Shown: positions 32,037-41,919 of the stretch, one piece after another
Layout: each line of letters starts with the position of its first letter
How positions within the stretch are numbered: the stretch's first letter is position 1
Assembly: GCA_963735805.1 (NCBI GenBank)
Contig: CAVTMK010000001.1
Span: forward strand, 224,001 to 288,000
Direction of reading: 5' to 3'
Origin: an uncultured Verrucomicrobiae bacterium
Lineage (GTDB): Bacteria > Verrucomicrobiota > Verrucomicrobiia > Chthoniobacterales > UBA10450
DNA: 64,000 nucleotides
Notes under the pieces: model-generated
The model's input: only the letters and a program-made list of their open reading frames with translations
Told to the model about the DNA's origin: nothing
Databases searched by the model: none
Position numbers and translations under genes: made by a program

Positions 32037-32681
32037 TTAAGCCTCCGTCGGTGAGGCAACCGGTTCCTGGTTTTCAGCCTCTTTTGTCGGCGCAGTAAAT
32101 CGCCTCTTCCGGCGGTTGGCGGGCAGAGGCGCCAGGGTCATTGTGATATTGCGGCCTGTGATTTTCGGGTCCATTTCCACCTGCGACATCCCGGAGAGAT
32201 CATCTCGAACTTTCTGCACGAGCTGCATGCCAAATTCCTGGTGCGCCATTTCCCGGCCTCGAAACTGCAGTTGCACCCGCACCTTATTTCCCCGGTCCAG
32301 GAACTCTTCGCCGTGCCTGATCTTCGTCAAATAATCGTGATCGTCGATATTTACGCGAAACTTGATCTCCTTCAGCTTTGCGCCGGCCGATCTTTTATCC
32401 TTGGTGTGCTTGGAAATATCGTACCGAAATTTTCCGAAATCGACGATCTTGCACACCGGTGGATTAGCCGTTGGGGCAATTTCCACGAGGTCAAGACCGA
32501 GACCTTGAGCCTTGCGCAAGGCGTCGGTTAATTTCAAGACGCCCAGCTGTTCACCGGTGGACCCCATTATGACTCGGACTTCCCGGGCTCGGATCCGACC
32601 GTTTACACGAATTTGTGGTTGCAGATTCTGACTAGCTCCTGGCCGACGAAGCGGGAGTGCGCCGCGTCGCCGTATTTCCAT
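32037..32681 (-). CDS. infC: Translation initiation factor IF-3 (start uncertain)
   Basis: IRVNGRIRAREVRVI, LDLVEIAP, PPVCKIVDFGKF and FRGRE motifs. Confidence 0.96.
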   Translation of the reverse strand: MEIRRRGALPLRRPGASQNLQPQIRVNGRIRAREVRVIMGSTGEQLGVLKLTDALRKAQGLGLDLVEIAPTANPPVCKIVDFGKFRYDISKHTKDKRSAGAKLKEIKFRVNIDDHDYLTKIRHGEEFLDRGNKVRVQLQFRGREMAHQEFGMQLVQKVRDDLSGMSQVEMDPKITGRNITMTLAPLPANRRKRRFTAPTKEAENQEPVASPTEA

Positions 32682-32860
32682 TTATCGCAATCCTCGGCGC
32701 CGCCTTTGGCGAACGCCCGAGCACCCTAATCTCGCCACGGCTGCGATCGACCGCGACGAAGAACTCGCATTCATAATCGCGAGTCGAAGGGAAGTTGTAG
32801 GCAACAATTTTGCGCTGGCAAGGCGAATCTCGTGACAATCACGTTTCGGTCTTCCAACGC

Positions 32861-33520
32861 TTATTTGGCCGGCGGGTCACCAAAATGCGCCTTGTGCGCT
32901 GCGTATGCTGTGGCGTCGTCGAGCATCGAATCGAGTGTGGCGGTCAAGGGTTCAAGTCTCACAACCCCGGAAAACACCGCGCGATCGCCAATTTCCGCGT
33001 CGATCACAAACGCGGGGCGTTGCGTGATCTGGAGTGCATGAAACTCTGCCGTCGATGCCCGAACGCGCTTCTCGATCTCAGGCGATTTGGCGCGCTCGAG
33101 CAGCTTTTTCCTGTCAAACTTGCCGGCCTCCGCTCCAATCTCGGCAGCGACGTCCCAATCGCTTACTTTCTTTCCTTCGCGAAGCGCGGAGTAAGACAGC
33201 GCGAGGCGAACGCGATCATCGACGAAACCAAAGTCCTTGGCGGCTTCGGCCATGCAGTTCGGGGCGAGCCACTCCGAGAGACTAGGATCGTACCAGTCGG
33301 TGTTGAGCATGAACGGGGAATGCATGATCATTCCGCTGCGCCGATAGAACCATTGCTCCTGCTCGCGCGAAGTCGGCAAACCACCTGGATCCATCAACGC
33401 GATCTTCCATACAAACTCGACGCGACCGTCGTAACGCCTCTTCAATTCCGCCCAGGTCGGCTCGGACCAGAAACACCAGGATGAAACAACGTCGAGATAA
33501 TTGGTTACAGTGATTCGCAT
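32861..33520 (-). CDS. DsbA/thioredoxin-fold family protein
   Basis: YLDVVSSWCFW (DxxxxWC) at the N-terminus; PAFVI cis-Pro loop. Confidence 0.75.
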   Translation of the reverse strand: MRITVTNYLDVVSSWCFWSEPTWAELKRRYDGRVEFVWKIALMDPGGLPTSREQEQWFYRRSGMIMHSPFMLNTDWYDPSLSEWLAPNCMAEAAKDFGFVDDRVRLALSYSALREGKKVSDWDVAAEIGAEAGKFDRKKLLERAKSPEIEKRVRASTAEFHALQITQRPAFVIDAEIGDRAVFSGVVRLEPLTATLDSMLDDATAYAAHKAHFGDPPAK

Positions 33521-33671
33521 GCTTGAATGTTAAAAACGCTTGAAAAGTTACAAGGTTGAAAAGTTTTGTCGCTGAACCGTTAACCCATTTAGGATGAAGC
33601 CTCTGATTCTTGTTGCCGCTTTCGCGCTTCACCGCTTTAACGAATAACCTGGGCTAGCTCCGACGTTATCT

Positions 33672-34691
33672 GTGAACCTGAATCATATATTTCTTTTTCT
33701 GGCAGTGATTTCACCGCTGATCGTGCTGACCAAAGCGTGGCGTCCCGGAGCGCCTAATCGTGGCTGGCGTATCTCTGCAATTGTGGTGCTTGGAATCACC
33801 GCTCTCGCGTGGATTCTTGCGGCCCGCGTGGCTGGTTACATTGGCGGTTTGGCCTGGGTCGTTCTGCTCTTCCTTCCTGCGATTGGATTGCGCAAAATGA
33901 CAGATCTCGCAACAAAAGGAGACTACCAATCGGCCGCAAAGCTCGGCGCGATTCTTCAACCCCTGCATCCGAGTGCGGCGTTGCGCGATCAGGTCCGCTT
34001 ATTTCGGCATTTGGAATCCCATCGAAACCCCAGAGTCGTAATCGGCGCTGTTCCAGCCGGCGGACGCACGCGACATAGTCAGTTGCGAAGCGCTCCTGCC
34101 GTTCTCGTGTTGATTCTGCTCAACTCGATCGCATTTCTCTACGAAATTTCCGTTGGCGATTTGAACGATCCAGAGGTGCTGCATCGAGTCGGCGCACTCG
34201 AGCCTTATGCTGTTGTAATCCAAGGAGAATATTGGCGGCTTTTTACTGCCTTGTTCTTACACGGAGGTTTCACCCATCTCCTTTTCAACCTTTTCGCGCT
34301 TTATATCCTTGGCCCTCCCCTTGAACGATCCATAGGCACAATTCGGTTCGTCGTGTGCTATCTGATTTCCGGGCTTGCTTCCAGTGCAGGTGTTGTGGCG
34401 TTGGCAGTAATCGGTTTCGTACAAGTCGGCCAGCTCGTTGGCGCGTCGGGATGTATCATGGGAATCGTCGGCGCGTGGGCCGGATTTTTAGTGCGACATC
34501 GTCATGTGCCACAGGCGAAACAGCGTCTGGGAAACATTGGGTTGATCGTCGTGATTCAAATCGCCTTCGATCTTTCTACTCCCCAGGTCAGCATGGCGGC
34601 GCATCTGTGCGGACTGATCGCCGGTTTTTTTTTGGGACTGATTCTTGCGCCACGAGCTGGAGCCGGGATCCGGGACTCTGACAGTCACTAA
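33672..34691 (+). CDS. Rhomboid intramembrane serine protease
   Basis: GEYWRLFTALFLH, HLLFN, VGASG and AHLCG motifs. Confidence 0.93.
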   Translation: MNLNHIFLFLAVISPLIVLTKAWRPGAPNRGWRISAIVVLGITALAWILAARVAGYIGGLAWVVLLFLPAIGLRKMTDLATKGDYQSAAKLGAILQPLHPSAALRDQVRLFRHLESHRNPRVVIGAVPAGGRTRHSQLRSAPAVLVLILLNSIAFLYEISVGDLNDPEVLHRVGALEPYAVVIQGEYWRLFTALFLHGGFTHLLFNLFALYILGPPLERSIGTIRFVVCYLISGLASSAGVVALAVIGFVQVGQLVGASGCIMGIVGAWAGFLVRHRHVPQAKQRLGNIGLIVVIQIAFDLSTPQVSMAAHLCGLIAGFFLGLILAPRAGAGIRDSDSH

Positions 34692-34879
34692 GATCCAAAG
34701 CATTCAACGGATTGTGAAACGAGCGAAGAATCCTAGCCGTCATGCAAACACAACAGAGCAACTGACAAGGCGCCATTTATGGCGGCAACGGCTTCGCAAT
34801 AGAATCTTCGTTTTTCTTGGCTACCTTCTGTGAAAATTTGTCAGTGACCGGGGCCACCGACTCCGGCAGAGGAACTCGA

Positions 34880-37435
34880 ATGCCGACTTTTCAAACGTAT
34901 AACGTCACTCCAATCCTGCCAGGGGCGCTTGAGCCGTTGCGCGAGATGAGTTTCAACTTGTGGTGGACTTGGGAACCGGCTGCGCGCCGGCTGTTTCGCC
35001 ATTTGGATCCCGAGCTTTGGAACCGGACCAATCACAATCCCGTCCGAATGCTTCAGCTTTCGCGGCAATCCAGACTGGAAGAACTTGCACAGGACAAAAC
35101 TTTCCTGCGCGAGCTGAAACAGGTCTTCGAGGAATTCGAAAAATATCTCGGACGCCACGACACTTATGGAAAGGCGGGAGCCGCCAGCGCGATCAAGAAT
35201 CCGATCGCTTATTTTTCGGCCGAATTTGGTTTTCACGAGTCGATCCCGAATTATTCCGGCGGTCTCGGGATACTCGCTGGCGATCATTGCAAGTCAGCGA
35301 GCGATCTGGATTTGAATTTTGTTGCGATTGGTCTGCTCTATCGACACGGCTATTTCCGGCAGCAAATAGATAAGGACGGCGTTCAGGCAGCGATCAATCT
35401 GAATCAAAATTTTTATCATCTGCCGATCCGAGAAGCCCTGCGTAGTAATGGAAAACCGCTTATTTCCGTACCCATTCTGGATCGCCAGGTTTTTGCCAGA
35501 CTTTGGGAATTACGTGTCGGAAGAGTGAGCCTCTATTTGCTCGACACTGATATTCCGGAAAACAGCGCAGAAGACCGATTGATCACTGCCGAGCTTTATG
35601 GCGGCGACCTCGAAATGCGGATGCGCCAGGAGATCATGCTCGGAATTGGCGGCGTCAAAGCGCTCGCTGCGCTCGGCATTCAGCCATCTGTGTTCCACAT
35701 GAACGAGGGTCACTCGGCGTTTCTGGCGCTCGAACGCATTCGTCTCAATGTCGCGGAGAAGAAGCTCGATTTTTATTCGGCACTTCAGCTAGTAGCGGCC
35801 GCCAATGTCTTCACCACGCACACTCCGGTTCCCGCCGGCAACGATTCGTTCCCGCGCGAGATGATGCGGAAATATTTCGGGAATTTTGCCAAGGAATTAA
35901 GCATTCCCTTCGATGAGTTGTTCTCGTTCGGTCAGACGCGCATCGATCCAAACGATCCTTTTAGCATGACCATCCTGGCGCTGCGTCTCAGCCGACAGGC
36001 AAATGGGGTAAGCAAATTGCACGGTGAGGTCACGCGGTCGCTTTGGAAAGATGTCTGGGCCGGCGTGCCGGTCCAAGAAGTGCCCATTACCAACATCACA
36101 AACGGTGTGCATACCAAGACCTGGATGGCGCCGGAGTTTGCCGCACTTTATCGCAAGCATCTGGGTGCATGGGAGGAACACCTGGCCGAGCCGGAGTTCT
36201 GGCGGGGCGTCATCGATATTCCCGACGCCCAACTTTGGGACACGCATCAAAAACTCAAGCTCCGCCTGATCGAATTTGTGCGCGACCGGGAACGACGGCG
36301 CCGCGAACGAATGGGGGAATCGCCCGAGTCCATTCGCAAGGTCAACCGCATTCTTGATCCCGAAATTTTGACAATCGGTTTTGCGCGCCGTTTCGCGACT
36401 TACAAGCGGGGCACGCTTCTATTTAGCGACAAGGAACGCTTGAAACGATTGCTGAACGACGCCACGCGGCCGGTGCAATTTATTTTTGCAGGCAAAGCGC
36501 ATCCACGTGATGAAGCTGGCAAGGCGTTGATCCAGGAAGTCTACAAACTTAGCCACGAAGCTGGCCTGGAAAATCGCATCGTCTTTCTGGAGGACTACGA
36601 TAGCTACATCGCACGGCGCCTGGTGCAGGGTGTCGATCTTTGGCTAAACCATCCCCTGCGCCCCCTGGAGGCGAGCGGAACCAGCGGGATGAAAGCTGCT
36701 CCCAACGGCGGAATCAATCTGAGCGTGCTCGATGGTTGGTGGCGGGAAGGTTACAACGGCAGTAACGGCTGGGCTATCGGCGCGGAAATCAATGATGGTA
36801 CCACGGAATTTCAAAATGAAGTAGACGCCAGCAGTCTTTACCAATTGTTGGAGAACCAAATTGTTCCGCTCTATTACGCAAAGCCGGATGGCAAACTTCC
36901 CCTGGCCTGGTTACAACTGATGCGTGAATCGATCCGCAGCGTCACGCCCGTCTTCAACACACAGCGGATGGTGAAGGAATACACCGAGCAACTTTATATC
37001 CCGGCTGCGAACTCGTATGAGAATTTTTCCTCCGACGGTTGCGGCGCCGCGACACACCTGAGCCGGTGGAAAACGCAAATGCGCAAGGATTGGCCAGCGG
37101 TAAAGATTTCGGACGTTCAGATCGGAAACAAAGATCGACAAAGCATTTTGGTCGGTGAATCGCTGCACGTCACAGCGCGAGTTCATCTCGGGACGGTCGA
37201 TCCACAGCATGTGCGAGTGGAAGCGTACCACGGCGAGGTGGACAATGGTGACATTCGCAATCCTTCGGCGACCGTTCTCAATCAGACCGGACGCGCAGAC
37301 GGAGACGGCAATTACGTCTACCAAGGAGCAGTTCCTGCGTCGGAAAGCGGTACCTACGGCTTTAGCGTGCGCGTCGTGCCAACGCATCCCTGTCTGATGC
37401 AGATGCACGAATTGCGCCTGATCACCTGGTCGTGA
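34880..37435 (+). CDS. glgP: Alpha-glucan phosphorylase
   Basis: YSGGLGILAGDH, HMNEGH, GFARRFATYKR and EASGTSGMK motifs. Confidence 0.97.
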   Translation: MPTFQTYNVTPILPGALEPLREMSFNLWWTWEPAARRLFRHLDPELWNRTNHNPVRMLQLSRQSRLEELAQDKTFLRELKQVFEEFEKYLGRHDTYGKAGAASAIKNPIAYFSAEFGFHESIPNYSGGLGILAGDHCKSASDLDLNFVAIGLLYRHGYFRQQIDKDGVQAAINLNQNFYHLPIREALRSNGKPLISVPILDRQVFARLWELRVGRVSLYLLDTDIPENSAEDRLITAELYGGDLEMRMRQEIMLGIGGVKALAALGIQPSVFHMNEGHSAFLALERIRLNVAEKKLDFYSALQLVAAANVFTTHTPVPAGNDSFPREMMRKYFGNFAKELSIPFDELFSFGQTRIDPNDPFSMTILALRLSRQANGVSKLHGEVTRSLWKDVWAGVPVQEVPITNITNGVHTKTWMAPEFAALYRKHLGAWEEHLAEPEFWRGVIDIPDAQLWDTHQKLKLRLIEFVRDRERRRRERMGESPESIRKVNRILDPEILTIGFARRFATYKRGTLLFSDKERLKRLLNDATRPVQFIFAGKAHPRDEAGKALIQEVYKLSHEAGLENRIVFLEDYDSYIARRLVQGVDLWLNHPLRPLEASGTSGMKAAPNGGINLSVLDGWWREGYNGSNGWAIGAEINDGTTEFQNEVDASSLYQLLENQIVPLYYAKPDGKLPLAWLQLMRESIRSVTPVFNTQRMVKEYTEQLYIPAANSYENFSSDGCGAATHLSRWKTQMRKDWPAVKISDVQIGNKDRQSILVGESLHVTARVHLGTVDPQHVRVEAYHGEVDNGDIRNPSATVLNQTGRADGDGNYVYQGAVPASESGTYGFSVRVVPTHPCLMQMHELRLITWS

Positions 37436-37534
37436 TCACGCTCAACGACTGCGGTCCAATTGGGACATCCAAGCAAAATTTTCAAACCGCCCAGGCAGAA
37501 GCAAAATCGCCTGCGTATTCTAACAGTTGTATAT

Positions 37535-38467
37535 TCATAGGCCTCGCGCCGGAGGCGTAACCCCTAGGCACGCAACGATCGTCACCACTGCCACGGCGAG
37601 GCAGGTCTCGCCGATCACATTGCGACGAAGCTGAGCCAGAAAATCCGCGGTTTCGGAAACTCTAGTCAACCTTGTTTTGATGACGAATCGATTCCGCGCG
37701 CCCAGGCAGACGAGAATGCCGAATGCCGTGAGCTTGGCAAGTAAGAGCCAGCCGTAACGTGTCGTGAGCAACGCGTGGATCGAACCGACCAACAACCAGG
37801 AGTTGGAAATACCGGTAGCAACAAGAACACCCACGCAAGTCACGCTGAGCGTGGAAAAACGCTGGAGTACGGGCAGAGTCTGTTCGCCTAACGACGACGA
37901 TGCGCGGGCGCGCGTCAGAAAAATGGCCAGTGGCAGAAGTCCGCCGATCCAGATACTCGCCGCACAAAGATGGAGCGCATCACCTAAAACACCGAGCGGT
38001 TGCACGCTGGCAGCTGCGGCATGGCTGACCCAGGCGAGCGAAATGAGTAAAAGAACGCTAATCAAAAACACAGCCATGTTCAGCGCGTGTCGTGCTCGAG
38101 CTCGTGCCAAGCCGAGCGCGATTAGTGCAAACGCCAAGGCGATCAATTCCAGGCGAAGCTGCCAGACGCGACCGAAGTTTGTTTCAAACAAAACCGTCTG
38201 CCACGCTGCGACAGAAAAGGCACGCATGAGCGGCAATCCGTTCATGTTCGCGACTTCCAGCCAAAACCAAAGCAGCGCGGACAAAAGAGCCGCGACGAGA
38301 CTCCATCGAAGTAGGCGGAGCAAACGCCCGTGGACCTCGCGAAAATCGTCCCCCCCGGCCCGCCCCGCCGGACCAAGCGTGATCACTTCGAACGTACACG
38401 TCCCAACCAGCAGCATCGACGCGCCAATGTGCACGGTGCGAGCGATAATGAGCAGCGTGATAAGCAT
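37535..38467 (-). CDS. copD: Copper resistance/uptake membrane protein CopD
   Basis: TNFGRVW, SHAAA, HLCAASIWIGGL and RFS motifs; adjacent to copC. Confidence 0.9.
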   Translation of the reverse strand: MLITLLIIARTVHIGASMLLVGTCTFEVITLGPAGRAGGDDFREVHGRLLRLLRWSLVAALLSALLWFWLEVANMNGLPLMRAFSVAAWQTVLFETNFGRVWQLRLELIALAFALIALGLARARARHALNMAVFLISVLLLISLAWVSHAAAASVQPLGVLGDALHLCAASIWIGGLLPLAIFLTRARASSSLGEQTLPVLQRFSTLSVTCVGVLVATGISNSWLLVGSIHALLTTRYGWLLLAKLTAFGILVCLGARNRFVIKTRLTRVSETADFLAQLRRNVIGETCLAVAVVTIVACLGVTPPARGL

Positions 38468-38491
38468 CGAGCGTCCTCTACGTAAGAATGC

Positions 38492-38851
38492 CTAACGAGT
38501 TACCCGGAATGTGAAACTTCCATTGGTCACGTGCGTATCGACAGAAACCACGCGCCAGGCGACTTTGTAGATTCCCGCTGGGAGCCGCGGCAGAGAAACG
38601 TGCAACAGCCCGTGATCGGAGCGATCCAAGTGTACATCGCGTTTATCCATTTCCTTTCCAGACGCGTCGAATACCTGGATGCTACTGAAGGCTGGCTCGA
38701 CGTTTTCCGTAAATCGGATTCGCACCTCACTGGGCGACGTTTGAACCGTGCTACCCGCACTCGGCTGTGCGTCCCTGAGAAAGGCATGCGCTTCAACTTG
38801 CGCCGTGGCTGCCAAAATGATCAGAGATAAACTGACAACCGTGCGCTTCAC
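38492..38851 (-). CDS. copC: Periplasmic copper-binding CopC
   Basis: Signal peptide then N-terminal HAFL; WRVVSVDTH motif. Confidence 0.95.
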   Translation of the reverse strand: MKRTVVSLSLIILAATAQVEAHAFLRDAQPSAGSTVQTSPSEVRIRFTENVEPAFSSIQVFDASGKEMDKRDVHLDRSDHGLLHVSLPRLPAGIYKVAWRVVSVDTHVTNGSFTFRVTR

Positions 38852-39810
38852 TTGGTTCCTCCAAACAGGGGACGACCAATGCTGTGTGGAAAAAGATCGT
38901 CCACAAAGAAATGTAGTTGTGCAATCACGCCGACGTTAGTTCCCGTCCGTTCGTTGATTGGAACAACCGCCTCCACACCAACCTGGAAATATTGGCCAGC
39001 CCAGATAACGCCGGGATTGATTGTTCCGGTGGTTTGGCCTCGCTCCCCTCGGTTGAGCGGAGTTTCCAGTGCGAATTCCACCAGCGGAATCAAGCGATTA
39101 ATCGGCGCCGGCAAGTGCAGGTCCTGCACTTGCGACTGAAGATAGATAACGCTGTACTCCAGAGCAAAGCCCCATTCTAAGACGTCGGGATTTCGATCGA
39201 TCTCGACCTCGCGTTCCCCCGTCTCGTCATTCACCGTGACGCTGCGCGTGCTCGCGCTCGTTGGAATCTCAATTCCGGCCAATCCGGTAATGGCGAACGG
39301 CTTGAGGAACCGCAATCTCTCGGGCAAATCGCCGAAGCCCTTACCGAAAAAAATTCCTGGCTCCCATGTAGTGAACGAGTCCGCGTCAACTGAGCTCGAT
39401 CCAGTGCCGCCAACTTCAACACCAAGCCCCAACGAGACGATCGCTTCATGCGCGTCATTCTTCAGGATCTGATATTTGCCACCCAATTCCAAGTTGCCGA
39501 AGCCATTTGTCGCGCGTTCTTCATGTGGATTCAGCGCCGTAAAAGTATCACCGACTTCGATCGCAAATTCTGGGGTGATTCGCTTGGAGATATCTATGGA
39601 GATATCCGTTTCGCGCGTTCCGCCGTCATCCAGCGTTCTAATGCTGCTTACGGTTGGAAGCGAAAGCTCATCGGAGACAAACGGATCATCGGTTGAAAGC
39701 GTCGCGGGGAAAAATCGCGCGCCGGCAAAGCCATGGCCATACGCCTGGCTCGTTGCGCCGAGCTCATATGCCGCACAGACGAGCCAAAAGATTAAAGATA
39801 AATGTTTCAT
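38848..39810 (-). CDS. Putative outer-membrane beta-barrel protein of the copC/copD cluster
   Basis: Signal peptide; mature N-terminus HGFAGARFFPATLSTDDP; amphipathic strands (GFGNLELGGKYQ); AAGGAGG SD. Confidence 0.7.
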   Translation of the reverse strand: MKHLSLIFWLVCAAYELGATSQAYGHGFAGARFFPATLSTDDPFVSDELSLPTVSSIRTLDDGGTRETDISIDISKRITPEFAIEVGDTFTALNPHEERATNGFGNLELGGKYQILKNDAHEAIVSLGLGVEVGGTGSSSVDADSFTTWEPGIFFGKGFGDLPERLRFLKPFAITGLAGIEIPTSASTRSVTVNDETGEREVEIDRNPDVLEWGFALEYSVIYLQSQVQDLHLPAPINRLIPLVEFALETPLNRGERGQTTGTINPGVIWAGQYFQVGVEAVVPINERTGTNVGVIAQLHFFVDDLFPHSIGRPLFGGTK

Positions 39811-39815
39811 GAATA

Positions 39816-39913
39816 TTCCTCCTTCGTGATGAGAAACGTCCGCGCCAAGGGCATGACGGTTCTCGAGTTGCGAAAGGAAAAACTGCCACTCCGTGCACTC
39901 GCACGGCGCAGTT
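39816..39913 (-). promoter_or_regulatory. Terminator-like hairpin plus anti-SD stem upstream of the OMP-copCD genes
   Basis: Minus strand: ACTGC-G-CCGTGC GAGT GCACGG-AGTG-GCAGT followed by TTTTCCTTT; the U/C tract is complementary to the AAGGAGGAA SD. Confidence 0.55.
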
Positions 39914-39927
39914 GACTCAAGCGCGAA

Positions 39928-40308
39928 CTAACTCAGGAGCGAGCGCGGCGGCGGAACCGGCGGAGAATGCTCGATTTCAGAAACGGAAAAATCGCGAAGG
40001 GTGTATTGGAACGGAGCGCTGGGCGATATCAGTTTGATCACGCGCGCGACGCAGATGATATCGATCTTTGGCACCGGGGATTGCATGTCGGACTTTTTTT
40101 CTGAGGCTTTTCCTTTGGCGACGATATGACAAAGCGAACATGGATGGGCTCCGTCAAACGTCTGAGCGATCGCCTGACATAGCGGCGCGCGCTTCGAATA
40201 CTCAATAAGCATGCTAGTCCAGGCGAACGACTGGAGTGCAACCCAATGCAACCCGATCGCGCAGCAAAGGGCAGCGATCGTAGCAATGCGGCCGGCCTGT
40301 CGAAGCAC
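39928..40308 (-). CDS. DUF2946-like CxxC/proline-tail upstream ORF
   Basis: Hydrophobic N-terminus, HPCSLCH, C-terminal HSPPVPPPR. GTG start at 40308 lies just after the promoter. Confidence 0.75.
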   Translation of the reverse strand: MLRQAGRIATIAALCCAIGLHWVALQSFAWTSMLIEYSKRAPLCQAIAQTFDGAHPCSLCHIVAKGKASEKKSDMQSPVPKIDIICVARVIKLISPSAPFQYTLRDFSVSEIEHSPPVPPPRSLLS

Positions 40309-40315
40309 AATTGCG

Positions 40316-40344
40316 AGGCTAGGTGTCGCAAATTTTGATGTCAA
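40316..40344 (-). promoter_or_regulatory. Sigma-70 promoter TTGACA-17-TAGCCT
   Basis: Minus strand reads TTGACA TCAAAATTTGCGACACC TAGCCT CGCAATT GTG. Confidence 0.7.
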
Positions 40345-41919
40345 TCACTCTTTCCTTTCATGGTTCGGAGCAAAGGCGCCGCTGCCTTCATCGAGATAAA
40401 TTGTCGAACCGACGCGTGAAATGCGAAGCGATTGTTGCCAGCTTCCTGTCGCGAAATCTTTCTTAGCGTCAATTGTCTTCGCTTCTTGTTTTCCTGCGAC
40501 TGGGACTTGATCGACACTAGTCATTGCTTCGGACAGGATTCTGCCGTCCATTTCTTTCGGCACTTTAGTTCCAAGAATGTGCAAAATCGTTGGCGCAAGG
40601 TCGACATTGCCCGTAGGCAAATCATCCGTTTGACCGGAATGAAAATCCGGGCCCGCGGCAACCAGAGTATTATGCATGTCGAATCGGCTCAGCGTAGCGT
40701 GAGTCCCCTCCCCGGCTTTGCGTTGCCAGTCGGCGTCGATCATTCCCGGGGTGCCGAACTGATTTTTCGAATCATTCCAGCGGAAAGCCATGACAACGTC
40801 GGGCGCCCTGGGGTTGTCGATTTTGGCCTCATTCAAATCGAAGGTTCCTGGCAAACCCTCTTTGGTGAAAATCACTCCCGCAAAATCCGATTGCTGCAAG
40901 AATTCGACAAGACGACGCGTCACCATCGTATCGTGTCCGACGACGTAAAAGAGAACACTGCCACCGTTCCCAGCCAGCATGATGTCTCCGGGTTTCGGCT
41001 GATCATCAAATTCCGTCTTCGCAACGAAGCCGGCATCGCTCAGAATTTTTCGTAAATCGATCGATCGCCTGATCGTCGAGAATCCATGATCGGAAACAAC
41101 AAAAACGTCCGTTGTTTCGCGCGCAGTTTTTCGATCCAACGCGGAAAGAACGACAGCGAGATTTTCATCGGACGATTTAATTGCAGCAAGCGCGGGCGGC
41201 GCACCGGGCGCAGTTTCGTGCTGCGTCAAATCCGGCTGGCCCAGCCAAATCACTGACAGAGCTGGCACTCCATCTCTCCAAAGGAAATCAGTGACTGCCT
41301 TGGTCGTCCATAGATCGTGTTGTGAGCGCTCAGATGGAAACGGCCCAATCGCGGTAACTATGGGACTAAGAACATCACGTGGAACCGCCTGACCAGCGAA
41401 GAGCGTGACACAGTTTTTTGCCGGTCCAACACCTGCATGTCGATCCAGCAAAAGACCAACAGTTTTAGCGCTCGCAATCGCCGTTCGTCCACCCCCACGC
41501 TGAACGAGCTCGGCGATGGTCGGAACGGAAATGTATTTGCCAGCGGAAAGTTCATCTCCTTTACTCACGGCCGATGAGCTCTCGACATTAATTGATCGCT
41601 TGCGGTCAACTTCCGGGCGGTACTCATAATTTGCGATCACGCCGCTCTTCCCTGGGTAAACACCGGTCATTAATGCTGTTCCGTTCACCATCGTTGCACT
41701 GAGATATACCGGATGGTGATTGCGAAAAGTGACTCCTTCCCTGGCAAGTCGCCAAAGTGTCGGAGTTGTTTTCTCGCTGACAAAGTCCGGGCGCATTCCA
41801 TCCCAGACCACCATCACTACATGCCGGTCGGGTTGTCGCGTATCCGCCGCAAAACCAATGGTCCTCAGAGAAAAAACCAGGGCGAGGATCGACATCGATG
41901 TGCAATATTTCTGAGACAT
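40345..41919 (-). CDS. Alkaline phosphatase / nucleotide pyrophosphatase family protein
   Basis: VVWDGMRPD, SATMVN nucleophile region, PDLTQH, SDHGF and THA motifs. Confidence 0.9.
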   Translation of the reverse strand: MSQKYCTSMSILALVFSLRTIGFAADTRQPDRHVVMVVWDGMRPDFVSEKTTPTLWRLAREGVTFRNHHPVYLSATMVNGTALMTGVYPGKSGVIANYEYRPEVDRKRSINVESSSAVSKGDELSAGKYISVPTIAELVQRGGGRTAIASAKTVGLLLDRHAGVGPAKNCVTLFAGQAVPRDVLSPIVTAIGPFPSERSQHDLWTTKAVTDFLWRDGVPALSVIWLGQPDLTQHETAPGAPPALAAIKSSDENLAVVLSALDRKTARETTDVFVVSDHGFSTIRRSIDLRKILSDAGFVAKTEFDDQPKPGDIMLAGNGGSVLFYVVGHDTMVTRRLVEFLQQSDFAGVIFTKEGLPGTFDLNEAKIDNPRAPDVVMAFRWNDSKNQFGTPGMIDADWQRKAGEGTHATLSRFDMHNTLVAAGPDFHSGQTDDLPTGNVDLAPTILHILGTKVPKEMDGRILSEAMTSVDQVPVAGKQEAKTIDAKKDFATGSWQQSLRISRVGSTIYLDEGSGAFAPNHERKE

